64,000 bases of DNA. It comes from Myxococcota bacterium. Its GTDB lineage: Bacteria > Myxococcota_A > SURF-8. Every line of letters begins with the position of its first letter. The stretch's first letter is position 1. Shown piece after piece: positions 27,053-36,656 of the stretch. The notes under the pieces were generated by a model that had not been told where the DNA came from, ran no database searches, and saw nothing but the letters and a program-made list of their open reading frames with translations. The position numbers and the translations under genes are program-made. The stretch is taken from assembly GCA_965140415.1 (NCBI GenBank), contig OZ223209.1, positions 2,400,001 through 2,464,000 of the forward strand, read 5' to 3'.

Positions 27053-29356
27053 CTATCGTTTTAATTTCGCAAATGGATTGTTGCTGAAACCTTCCTGTTT
27101 GGCCTTCTGTTTTACCTGACGAGAGGATTTATTTCCAGAGCGTTTGGGAGAGGAATCGGAAGATGGAGCTCTGCGAGTTGGGGTTTCGGCATCTTGTTTA
27201 CGTGCTGTCAGTGAAATTCTTCGCAGAACGAGATCCACATCCAGAACGCGAACAGTTAAGCGCGATCCGGCACTGACGACATCGTGTGCGTCTTTTACGA
27301 AATGATCGGCAAGTTGAGAAATATGAACGAGTCCGTCCTGGTGAACGCCGATATCCACAAAGGCACCGAAGTTGGTTACATTCGTGACGACGCCTTCCAA
27401 CTCCATTCCGATCTGAAGATCTTCCAGGGTGTGGACATCTTCACGAAAGGCGGGCATTTCAAAGCTTTCGCGGGGATCGCGCCCGGGTTTTTTCAACTCG
27501 GTGATGATGTCTCGTAATGTCGGCTCGCCAACATCGCTGGTGACATAGTTGCGGATATCGATTTTATCCGCCAACTCCGGATGACCGACGAGGTCTTTCA
27601 GGGAAACATTAAGATCCTTCGCCATCTGTTCCACCAGCGCATACCGTTCAGGATGCACCGCAGATGCGTCCAGCGGATGTTCTCCACCACGGACGCGAAT
27701 AAAGCCTGCCGCCTGCTCAAAGGTCTTGGGACCGAGTCCGGCGACTTTCAACAGTTTTTTCCGACCTGGGAAAGGTCCGTTTTCTTCGCGGTATGACACT
27801 ACTCGGCTAGCGATGGAAGGACCGATGCCCGCTACACGTGCAAGAAGTGGTGCGCTGGCCGTATTCAATTCAACACCGACATGGTTGACGCAGGATTCAA
27901 CTACTTCATCCAGTTTCTGCTGCAACATGGGTTGATGCACATCATGTTGATATTGACCGACACCGATGGCTTTCGGGTCGATTTTTACCAATTCCGCTAA
28001 CGGATCTTGCAAACGACGCGCGATGGAAATCGCACCGCGAATCGACACATCCAGATCCGGAAATTCCTCGCGAGCGATGTCCGATGCACTATACACACTG
28101 GCACCACTTTCACTCACTGCCAAAACAGGGATGGAAGGCAGAGAATGGCTTTTGATGACCTCGCGGGCAAAACTTTCCGTTTCTCTTCCTGCCGTGCCGT
28201 TGCCAACCGCTACAATAGCCGGATTGAATTTCTGTAAAAAGGTTGCCAAATCATGAGCGGCGCGCTCGCTTCCCGAGCCGCCGTGCTGCGGGTAAATCGT
28301 TAAATGCCCAAGGAATTTTCCCGTTTGATCCACTGCCACGCACTTGCAGCCGGTGCGGATACCGGGATCGATGCCCACAACGGATTTTTCGCCGAGTGGC
28401 GAAGCGAGTAGTAAATCTCTGACGTTACTGGCAAATACTGAAATTGCACCATCGTCCGAGCGCAATTTCAATTCAACCCGAAGATCCGTTTCGATGCTGG
28501 GGTGAAGCAGGCGTTTGTAACTGTCTTCAACAGTCAGATGTAGTTGATCCGCAAACGGCGAACGATTGTCGATGGGCAGCAGCGAGTGAATCTGTCCGTG
28601 AATCCGTTCCGTATCGCCTTCGATTCTTGTTTTCAAAACGCCTTCCCGTTCTCCGCGACGGATGGCCAGAAAACGATGCGATGGAATGTTCGCGATCTCT
28701 TCGTGGTAATCGTGATACTGCTGGTATTTCGTGGGTTTATCCTTGAATTCGGGCAATGCTTCCGAATGCAGGATACCACTTTTAAAAAGTCCTTCACGTA
28801 CCATTTTGCGGACATCGGCATTTTCCGCAATGCGTTCGGCCAGGATATCGCGAGCTCCGGAAAGTGCGATATCTTCATCCGTAACGCCAAGTTCTTCGTT
28901 CAAATAGCTTGCGGCTTCGATCTGTGGTGAACCGGTGGAGGGCTGCTCCCAAATCATTTCCGCCAGGGGCTCAAGTCCTTTCTCGCGGGCGATGGTCGCT
29001 CGTGTACGCCGCTTCGGACGATAGGGCAGATAGAGATCTTCAAGCCCGGTTTTGGTCGTACAGGCAGTGATCTTGTTCTTCAATTCCTCAGTCAGTTTCC
29101 CCTGGTCCTCAATAGAGGTCAGAATGGTCTCCCTGCGGTTTTCCAGTTCCGTCAAGTAGGCGTGTCGCTGTTGGATGTCGCGAATTTGGACTTCGTCCAA
29201 TCCTCCGGTGGCTTCTTTGCGGTAGCGAGCGATAAAAGGAACGGTGTTGCCTTCGTTCAAAAGCGTGACGACGGCTTTTACTCCAATGGGAGGTAACTGT
29301 AATTCCTTTGATAAAGCCGGAATCGGATCGTAGCTAGCAGCCGCAGTAGTCGCCAT
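27053..29356 (-). CDS. tex: Tex family RNA-binding transcriptional accessory protein
   Basis: GNTVPFIARYRKE, GIDPGIRTGCK, IGVGQYQHDV, S1 domain FGAFVDIGVHQDGLVHIS. Confidence 0.95.
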   Translation of the reverse strand: MATTAAASYDPIPALSKELQLPPIGVKAVVTLLNEGNTVPFIARYRKEATGGLDEVQIRDIQQRHAYLTELENRRETILTSIEDQGKLTEELKNKITACTTKTGLEDLYLPYRPKRRTRATIAREKGLEPLAEMIWEQPSTGSPQIEAASYLNEELGVTDEDIALSGARDILAERIAENADVRKMVREGLFKSGILHSEALPEFKDKPTKYQQYHDYHEEIANIPSHRFLAIRRGEREGVLKTRIEGDTERIHGQIHSLLPIDNRSPFADQLHLTVEDSYKRLLHPSIETDLRVELKLRSDDGAISVFASNVRDLLLASPLGEKSVVGIDPGIRTGCKCVAVDQTGKFLGHLTIYPQHGGSGSERAAHDLATFLQKFNPAIVAVGNGTAGRETESFAREVIKSHSLPSIPVLAVSESGASVYSASDIAREEFPDLDVSIRGAISIARRLQDPLAELVKIDPKAIGVGQYQHDVHQPMLQQKLDEVVESCVNHVGVELNTASAPLLARVAGIGPSIASRVVSYREENGPFPGRKKLLKVAGLGPKTFEQAAGFIRVRGGEHPLDASAVHPERYALVEQMAKDLNVSLKDLVGHPELADKIDIRNYVTSDVGEPTLRDIITELKKPGRDPRESFEMPAFREDVHTLEDLQIGMELEGVVTNVTNFGAFVDIGVHQDGLVHISQLADHFVKDAHDVVSAGSRLTVRVLDVDLVLRRISLTARKQDAETPTRRAPSSDSSPKRSGNKSSRQVKQKAKQEGFSNNPFAKLKR

Positions 29357-29825
29357 GAAAAACCCTCGTTTCTGTTTTGTGATGTATTGATAAAGCCACC
29401 TGTCAAGGCTGGTCGGCTTGTCTTTCGGCGGCATACTTTGCCATAGTTCGAGCGCAAAGGAAAGATTTTAGCTGTAATACCAGGATAAGAAGGTCGAAAT
29501 GCCAAAATGTGGCTTGAAACCGTGACTTGAAGTGATCGGATGCTCTCGTTAAATATTGTTGCCATTATGAGTGCGTGACTAGGTTTTGAAAATTTAATAA
29601 TCTGAACAGTTTATGTAATTTCTGATATTTGGTCTCATTTGGTTGTTAGATTTCTAAATACTGTTGAATTTGAAAAATATAGTTCAACTGGCTGAAATAA
29701 CGACAGAAAGCAATGGTAATGCCGGGTATTCGTTTAGAAAGTTAATTGAACCCACTAGCCGTTTGTCCTTTCCTGAAATCTACGTAACTCATTGAGGTAA
29801 CAACTTAAAAACATGTGCCGTGGTT

Positions 29826-29842
29826 TTGGCATAGAGAGTGCT
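29826..29842 (+). promoter_or_regulatory. Sigma54 -24/-12 promoter
   Basis: TTGGCATAGAGAGTGCT has exact GG-N10-GC spacing, with about 250 bp of AT-rich DNA upstream. Confidence 0.6.
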
Positions 29843-30125
29843 TATTGTTTGTGCCGTACTGTGCTTCGATCACAGCACTTCGAGCAGATCAATACAGGGG
29901 TCGTTTGAACGGGATAATCAAAGGTTGGAGTAATGATCAGATTCGTTTTTTAGAGAAACGATAACGGGCAATACAAAATGATCAGTCAAAATTTTCTTGA
30001 AACAGCAATGAAGACTCTGGGCATATCAAGAAACGATTGTTTGCAGTTGCTGCAAGTGTTTCGACCGGAAGAAACGGAGTCCTGGACGGAGAAGGATTGG
30101 GAGGATAATGGTTGGCAACTGACTA

Positions 30126-31043
30126 GAAGCCATCTCAAAAATGCCTGAGCAGTATAATAGCGCATCCTAACAGCAGAAATCCTTCATAATTGATTTCGTT
30201 ATACTCCCATCGAACCACGAGCCTGCGGAAGTTGTGCAGCCAGGCAAACAGTCTTTCCACCTTCCAACGGCGTACATAGCGGCGTAGCGCCCGACCATCC
30301 TGGGTTTTATCTTTCTTCCGGTTGCCCTTGTGCGGCGCAATCATTTCAATGCCACGTTCCTCAAGAAGTCTCTCATCCAGTGGATCGCTGTCATACGCCT
30401 TGTCTCCGATCAACCTCTCCGGCGAGCCTTCGGTTACAACAGCATCCAGCGTTTCTTCCACTAAGGTCACTTCGTGCGGCGAAGCGCTTGTTGTGCATAC
30501 GGCGACAGGAAGACCAGCGCTGTCAACGATCGCCATGATCTTACAGCCCTTTCCCCGCTTGGTTTTCCCGACTTTGAGCCCCCCTTTTTAGCGGAAGAAA
30601 AACTCCCGTCGATGAAGCACTCGGAGAGGTCGATTCCGCCGCGTTGCTCAAGGTCACGCGCAAGTTCCTGAAGAATCCTCTGCATGATACCGGCCTCGTT
30701 CCAATTTTGAAAGCGTCGATGCACTGTCTGATAAGGCGGATATCTGCGTGGAAGATCCTTCCAGGGAGCGCCGGTTCTCAGAACCCAAAGGATGCCGTTC
30801 ATGATGGCGCGGTCATCCTGTGCGGGTCTCCCGCGTTTTCCGGGTTGGCTTTTGTGAGGCGGCAGCAGCGGCTCGATCAGGCTCCATTGTTCGTTGGTCA
30901 GTTCCATCGAAAGCACCTGTAGATATTAAGTATATTATATACAGTATATCATAGTGGGGCAAAATTTCACTCAGACTACACTGGGAGACGAATAGTTCTG
31001 AAATATCAGATGTTTGGGATTATGCTATTTTTGAGATGGCTTC
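30126..31043 (-). mobile_element. IS5-family insertion sequence (IS427/IS1031-like), 918 bp
   Basis: Perfect 17-bp terminal inverted repeats GAAGCCATCTCAAAAAT (30126-30142 and 31027-31043), flanked by duplicated TA (30124-25 and 31044-45). Confidence 0.93.
30135..30907 (-). CDS. IS5 transposase in two ORFs joined by a predicted -1 frameshift
   Basis: OrfA MELTNEQW...[15 protein letters not shown]...IDGS; slippery AAAAAGGGGGG at 30589-30579; Orf[17 protein letters not shown]...GDKAYDS...[11 protein letters not shown]. Confidence 0.9.
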
Positions 31044-31569
31044 TAAGATGATTGAAAAAATGATTGCAGAAGCCAAGGAAGCGCTTCCGATAAAACGTAT
31101 TCTTATTGCGGTTGAAGACCCCTCGGAGACACTGAGACTCAGCAAGCTTTTGCAACAATTGAAAGGTCATATCGCAATTGAAGCTGCTTTTCATATTAAC
31201 GAACGAATTTTGGATCTTATTTGTACGGCCCCCAATGTTCTGCTGATTGATGAAGCGACATATCGAAATCACAAACGAAATATCTCCTCCGCTGTCCATT
31301 GCGCTCAGAATGGAAGAATGATGAGAGTGCTGTTACTTGGCAGCAGTCAGGATCATTTGGCGGATACGATTTTCGACGATGTCATACATACTTTGAAAAC
31401 AACAGACAGCCAGATGATCGAGGTCATACGTCGGTATCTGGCGGAATCCGAGTTGGGAAGAAGTACAGGTTATTGATTGAAATGCATTTTTAGATGGTTC
31501 GATGTTCTGAGTGCTTGTTCGGTGTGGAATTGTGACATGCATGAAAAAAACCATGAAAGGGAGTGAGAA

Positions 31570-34218
31570 ATGTTTGCGAAATTGTCGTTGAAGGTGAAAT
31601 TAGTTGGCGTTTTCATCTTGATTGCAGCTGTTGGCATCGTGATCGGACTGACGGGGCTGCATGTGCACCGCACCTTGGCAGATGGGATGACGGAAGTCGC
31701 AGATGTACGTATGCCGGCAGTTAGTGCACTGCTTCAGATTCAAGAGGCTCAGACCGCCGTTCTTGCTGGAGAAAGGGCATTGTTAAGCAGGCGTATGTTT
31801 CTTGATGATGACGTACGCCGGGCAAATGAAAAGTTTATGGATAATGCGTTGAGCCGTGCAGAGCAGGCCTGGAAGAACTATGATATTTTACCTCAGACCT
31901 CGGAAGAATCGGAACTTAAAAGCCTATTAAGTTCACAATGGAATTTCTGGCGAACAGAGGATAAAGCCTTCAGGGATTTGGTTACGCAGAAAAAAAATAT
32001 GATTTCTGTTGGTGTTGCTCTTGACGATTCAAAACTGGAGCAGCTTGATGATCGGATTTTCACGAAATCGGGAGAAGTTCGTAGTGCCTTCTTGGTTTCA
32101 AGAGCCACATTAGAAAAGCTGGTCAAATCCAATGAAGACAATGCTACCCAAGGTGCTCTCGCCGCACATGAGGTTGCGGATTCCGGGAAAAGCCAGTTGA
32201 TCATGTTCATGTTGTTCGGTTTTTTTGGTGCGGCTGTTTTCGGTTATGTTTTCTCGCGTTCAATCAGCACACCGATTTTGAGGCTGAATGATGCCGCACA
32301 GGAGGTGGCTGGTGGAAATTTGAATGTGGACGTGGAACTGCGACGACAGGATGAACTGGGACGCCTGGCGGAATCTTTTGGAACGATGATCGGCAACTTG
32401 AAGCACTCGGATCAGATGGTTAAATCAGCCATGGCGGAGGCGGGACAGAAAGTCGAGAATCTGAACAGCATTCCGACCCCGATCATGACGATAGATAAAG
32501 AGTTCAACGTTACTTACATGAATCACGCCGGGGCTGGTCTTGTCGGTTTGACCTCGGAAACAGTCAAAGGCAAAAAATGCTACGACCTGTTTAAAACTCC
32601 CCATTGTCGCACCGCCGAATGTCGTTGCCAGCAGGCCATGCAGGATAAGAACGTTCATTCAGGTGAAACAGTTGCAGATCCCAGCGGCTTGAATATGCCG
32701 ATTCAGTATACGGGTGCACCGGTTACGGATGAGCAAGGCAAGGTTATTGGAGCGTTGGAGTATGTTGTAGATATTACGAACACCAAGAAAGCAATGGACG
32801 ATGCGAACCTGAAGGTCGGCTTCCTCGATGCGATTCCGACTCCGGTAATGGTGATCGACAACAATTTCACGGTGCAGTACATGAATCCGGCTGGTGCAGC
32901 AGTCGGCGGGAAAAAGCCTGAAGAAGTCAAGGGAACGAAGTGTTATGACTTCTTTAAAACGACTCATTGCAAAACATCCGAATGCCGTTGCAAACAAGCG
33001 ATGGAGCGGAAGGAAAATTCCAACGGAGAAACCGTGGCAAATGTGAGCGGTCAAAAAATTCCGATCGATTACACCGGATCTCCCCTGTATGACGAGAAAG
33101 GCAACGTTATCGGAGCGTTGGAGTATGTCCTGGACATCACCGAACGTAAAGAAGTTTTAAACGACATTATCCACGTGGCAGAAGCGATGGCGCGCAATGA
33201 TCTGACGGCAAAAGCAACCGGAAATTATCAAGGCGACTATCTCAAAATCGCCGATAGTCTGAATCAGGGTATGGCAGCACAGCATGAAGCCATGGCTCAG
33301 GTTGCGGAAGCGGTGGAGCAGATCACGGCAGCGGGGCAGCAAATCGCTTCCAGTAGTCAATCCGTGGCAGAGGGAGCTTCCGAGCAAGCCAGCTCTTTGG
33401 AGGAAACCTCTTCAAGCCTGGAAGAGATGGCCAGCATGACAAAGCAGAATTCCGACAACGCCAGACAGGCGGATGGCATGGCGAGCGAAGCCAAGAAAGC
33501 CAGCGATGAAGGTGGCGAATCCATGAAACGGATGGCTTCAGCCATGGGTAAGATTAAAAATTCGGCGCAGGGTACGGCGGCGATCATCAAAGACATCAAT
33601 GAGATTGCTTTCCAAACCAATCTGCTGGCGCTCAATGCAGCTGTCGAGGCGGCAAGAGCAGGAGAAGCCGGGCGTGGTTTTGCTGTGGTTGCAGAAGAAG
33701 TTCGCAACCTTGCGTTACGAGCAAAAGAGGCGGCTCAGAAAACCGAGAATCTGATCAATGAGTCGGTGGGGTTAGCTGAAGAAGGGGAACAGGTGTCCGA
33801 TCAAGTCAATACCAAGCTCAGTGATATTCTCGAAGGCATTCAGAAGGTGGGAGGTATTATCAGTGAAATCGCGACGGCCAGCGAGGAGCAAAGCCGGGGC
33901 ATCGATCAGGTGAACCGGGCTGTGGCCGAAATGGATAAGGTCACGCAGCAGAATGCAGCAAACTCCGAGGAATCGTCAAGTGCTGCTGAAGAGTTGGCCA
34001 GTCAGGCTCAGGAACTGACCGCGATGATTCGCCGATTCACGTTGAATCGTGCGATGGATCACCAAGTCGAACACGTTAAAGCAGTTGAAGTAAAAGCAAA
34101 GCCGAAAAAATACATTGCTTCACCTTTCCGTAAAAACGCAACGGGTGCTTCTGGTATCGCATTGAAACCAGAAGATATCATTCCTTTGGATAACGATCCG
34201 GATTTCTCCAGTTTCTAA
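31570..34218 (+). CDS. Methyl-accepting chemotaxis protein (4HB sensor, HAMP, two PAS, signalling domain)
   Basis: Two TM helices, HAMP ([10 protein letters not shown]), duplicated [41 protein letters not shown]-terminal DFSSF pentapeptide. Confidence 0.95.
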   Translation: MFAKLSLKVKLVGVFILIAAVGIVIGLTGLHVHRTLADGMTEVADVRMPAVSALLQIQEAQTAVLAGERALLSRRMFLDDDVRRANEKFMDNALSRAEQAWKNYDILPQTSEESELKSLLSSQWNFWRTEDKAFRDLVTQKKNMISVGVALDDSKLEQLDDRIFTKSGEVRSAFLVSRATLEKLVKSNEDNATQGALAAHEVADSGKSQLIMFMLFGFFGAAVFGYVFSRSISTPILRLNDAAQEVAGGNLNVDVELRRQDELGRLAESFGTMIGNLKHSDQMVKSAMAEAGQKVENLNSIPTPIMTIDKEFNVTYMNHAGAGLVGLTSETVKGKKCYDLFKTPHCRTAECRCQQAMQDKNVHSGETVADPSGLNMPIQYTGAPVTDEQGKVIGALEYVVDITNTKKAMDDANLKVGFLDAIPTPVMVIDNNFTVQYMNPAGAAVGGKKPEEVKGTKCYDFFKTTHCKTSECRCKQAMERKENSNGETVANVSGQKIPIDYTGSPLYDEKGNVIGALEYVLDITERKEVLNDIIHVAEAMARNDLTAKATGNYQGDYLKIADSLNQGMAAQHEAMAQVAEAVEQITAAGQQIASSSQSVAEGASEQASSLEETSSSLEEMASMTKQNSDNARQADGMASEAKKASDEGGESMKRMASAMGKIKNSAQGTAAIIKDINEIAFQTNLLALNAAVEAARAGEAGRGFAVVAEEVRNLALRAKEAAQKTENLINESVGLAEEGEQVSDQVNTKLSDILEGIQKVGGIISEIATASEEQSRGIDQVNRAVAEMDKVTQQNAANSEESSSAAEELASQAQELTAMIRRFTLNRAMDHQVEHVKAVEVKAKPKKYIASPFRKNATGASGIALKPEDIIPLDNDPDFSSF

Positions 34219-34235
34219 AGAAAGCTTCTATGACA

Positions 34236-34267
34236 AACCGGAAGAGATAGTGACGTCTCTTCCGGTT
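34236..34267 (+). other. Strong intergenic hairpin without a U-tract (stabiliser or weak terminator)
   Basis: Perfect 12-bp stem AACCGGAAGAGA/TCTCTTCCGGTT. Confidence 0.5.
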
Positions 34268-34290
34268 ACATTACCAAGGAAACCAGTAGT

Positions 34291-35370
34291 ATGGAGATCA
34301 GGATGCAGAAAGCGGAGTTAGGTCGTTCATGCAAGCAGTGTGGCGCTTGTTGTCAGTACGAGATTCCAATTACGTTGTACGACATTCAAAATTTAGCTCG
34401 TTCAAGGTCGTTACCGGATAAAGAAGTATTTGCTTTGCTGATCCAAAAAGAAATCTCTTCCAACTCTGGTCTGTATAAGATCAAAAAGAAAGAAGATAAC
34501 AATTGCATTCTATTGGATCATAGCGCCAAATGCTCCGTCCATAAAAGTAAACCGATGGTTTGTGCAATGTATTCATGTGCGCAAGGCAAAAGAGACAAAA
34601 TACTTTCGTGGACGGCTGACTGCCGGGATGAGAAATCGAAGCTTACGGTCTGGAAGCAATCCGTGGCTGTTGCCGTAACGAAAGCCTATATCAAGCGCTT
34701 CGGAGCGACATGGAATGACAAGGCTTATGCTCAAGCGATCACTTCCATAAATACGCAATCAGGCAACGATGGAAAATGCAACGTCAAGTTATCCCAGGAC
34801 AAAGATGGAAACCCCTTGGCGTTGATTTATGATTGTGAAAACTGCGAAAGGAGAGGGCAACACGCGCATGAAACCATCGTAACAATCGATGATGTTTCAA
34901 GAATAAGTAAATTCCTGGGAGTGAGTGCTGAATTCGTCTTTTCAACCTACTTGCATGATGCTCCTTCGTTGAGTACTGGTGGATTGAAAACGATACGAGC
35001 CCAGACGTGCATTTTTCGTGGGGCTTCGGGAAAATGTACGATAGAACAGGTCAGGCCTATGCATTGTCGGTTTACACCATGTCCGTCAAGGGTCAAATCA
35101 AATGACATGATGGACCGCCTGTATCTTGGTGCCGGAACGGTGGAGCAGCAGTTCCGACATCAACTGGCGATGCAATACACGAGAAACTATGTCGAGGAAT
35201 ATGGTGCGGCTTATCATGCACAAGGGATGGTAGCGGCTCAGAAACAGCTTGAGAGGGATGTCAGGGATCAGGTGTTATATAGGCAATTCAGCCTGAAGAT
35301 CGCTCCATACCGTTACCTGGAGGACGCAAGGGGGATTGTTCAGAATACTCAGGTGTCAATAGGTGGGTAG
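34291..35370 (+). CDS. Tandem YkgJ-like (CxxCxxCC) cysteine-cluster protein
   Basis: CKQCGACC...CILL...CSVHKSKPMVC; second copy CENCERRGQHAH...CIF...CTIEQVRPMHC. Confidence 0.75.
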   Translation: MEIRMQKAELGRSCKQCGACCQYEIPITLYDIQNLARSRSLPDKEVFALLIQKEISSNSGLYKIKKKEDNNCILLDHSAKCSVHKSKPMVCAMYSCAQGKRDKILSWTADCRDEKSKLTVWKQSVAVAVTKAYIKRFGATWNDKAYAQAITSINTQSGNDGKCNVKLSQDKDGNPLALIYDCENCERRGQHAHETIVTIDDVSRISKFLGVSAEFVFSTYLHDAPSLSTGGLKTIRAQTCIFRGASGKCTIEQVRPMHCRFTPCPSRVKSNDMMDRLYLGAGTVEQQFRHQLAMQYTRNYVEEYGAAYHAQGMVAAQKQLERDVRDQVLYRQFSLKIAPYRYLEDARGIVQNTQVSIGG

Positions 35371-35386
35371 TTGAAGATGATAAAGG

Positions 35387-35424
35387 AAAAGGGCCATGAA
35401 GCCGGTTGGCTTGATGGCCCTTTT
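35387..35424. terminator. Bidirectional intrinsic terminator
   Basis: AAAAGGGCCAT...ATGGCCCTTTT between convergent genes. Confidence 0.8.
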
Positions 35425-35452
35425 GTGTTTGTAAGATTGTAATCTGGAATTC

Positions 35453-36538
35453 TTACGCAGGATTCTTGTCGTGGAATTCTTCCATGAACTGTACCAGAGC
35501 CTGTACGCCTTCGATACTCATTGCGTTATACAATGATGCCCGTAAATGACCGACCATGAAGTGACCGGCCAAGCCAACCATGCCGCGTTCCTTTGCTTCC
35601 TGGACGAATTTATCTTCCAGTTCTTTCGTCGGCAACTGCCAGCAGATGTTGGTACGGGAACGATCTTCCTTGACGATCGGGCAGTCGTAGTAGCCGGGGA
35701 AAGCGTCGATTGCTTTATACAGCATGTCGGCGCGTTCGTCGCAGTTTTTGTCCATCTGAGCCAGACCGCCATGCTCCTTGGTCCACTTCAGCACGCTACG
35801 CATCATGTAGATGCAGAACATCGGCGGCGTGTTGTACAGACTGTTGTGCTCGTGGTGAATGTCATAGCGCAAGTAAGCCGGGATATTGCGGTTATTGCCT
35901 TCCATGAACTTCTTGTTCACGATTACCACCGCCATGCCGCCGGGACCGAGGTTTTTGGTCAGTCCGGCGAAGGTCAGCACGATGCGCGACCAGTCGACCG
36001 GGCGGGTCAGAATATCCGAGCTCATATCGGCGATGATCGGTACACCGTTGGTCTCCGGATATTCATGCAGCTCGCTACCGTAGAAGGTATTGTTGGTCGT
36101 AACATACAAGTAGCGGGCGTCTTTGCTGATCGGATAACCTTTGGGGACATAGGTGTACTGCTTATCTTCGTTGTTGGCGATGATGCGGGCGTCGCCGATC
36201 AGTTTGGCGTCGTTATAGGCTTTCTGCGCCCAATGGCCAGTCAACACATGCTCTGCAAAGGTTCCCGGCGTCAGGAAGTTCATCGGGATCATGGCGAACT
36301 GGAGAGTGCCGCCACCACCGAGGAACAATACGCGATGTGTATCCGGAATCTGGAAGACGTCCATCATCAGTTCTTCCGCTTCGCGCTGGATCGCTTCATA
36401 GCCCGGTGTGCGGTGACTGGTTTCCCATAGAGACATGCCGCTGTTTTCGAAATCCTTGCATTGGGAGTGGACTTCCTCCAGTGCGGATTCAGGCAAAGTG
36501 CAGGGGCCGGGGAAGAAATTGTAAACTCGCTTGCTCAT
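35453..36538 (-). CDS. Phosphoserine aminotransferase (SerC)-like class V aminotransferase with an altered active site
   Basis: YNF.PGP, SHR, GGGTLQF, DMSS, KN, YNTPP, RASLYNA; canonical GAQKN is GLTKN and GHR is GHF; ATG 36538 with AAAGGAG SD. Confidence 0.85.
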   Translation of the reverse strand: MSKRVYNFFPGPCTLPESALEEVHSQCKDFENSGMSLWETSHRTPGYEAIQREAEELMMDVFQIPDTHRVLFLGGGGTLQFAMIPMNFLTPGTFAEHVLTGHWAQKAYNDAKLIGDARIIANNEDKQYTYVPKGYPISKDARYLYVTTNNTFYGSELHEYPETNGVPIIADMSSDILTRPVDWSRIVLTFAGLTKNLGPGGMAVVIVNKKFMEGNNRNIPAYLRYDIHHEHNSLYNTPPMFCIYMMRSVLKWTKEHGGLAQMDKNCDERADMLYKAIDAFPGYYDCPIVKEDRSRTNICWQLPTKELEDKFVQEAKERGMVGLAGHFMVGHLRASLYNAMSIEGVQALVQFMEEFHDKNPA

Positions 36539-36590
36539 TTCAGGTGTCTCCTTTACATCCACGCCACCATCAGGTGCGTGTATGAGAAGG

Positions 36591-36619
36591 GGAGGGGAAC
36601 CCGTAAAAGGTTCCCCTCC
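36591..36619 (-). other. Intercistronic hairpin between xsc and the serC-like gene
   Basis: 11-bp stem GGAGGGGAACC/GGTTCCCCTCC with no clear U-tract. Confidence 0.55.
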
Positions 36620-36656
36620 GATCGATTTTTCAAAATTTCAAGCTGCCAGGCGTGCC

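Larger units (their letters stand above)
29978..31476 (+). pseudogene. 192-aa gene with a C-terminal receiver-like domain, interrupted after codon 49 by IS5
   Basis: Removing the IS and one TA joins ...WQLT to KMIEKMIAEAK... in frame; the 3' part has RILIAVED / PNVLLID / RVLLLG receiver-like strands. Confidence 0.75.

Noticed and set aside
29933-29953. Tiny upstream ORF MIRFVF
   Set aside because: Six codons, poor SD spacing and no associated attenuator structure
30917-30946. LexA-like box upstream of the IS5 transposase
   Set aside because: Only a half site (ATATACAGTA); CTGT-N8-ACAG spacing is not met
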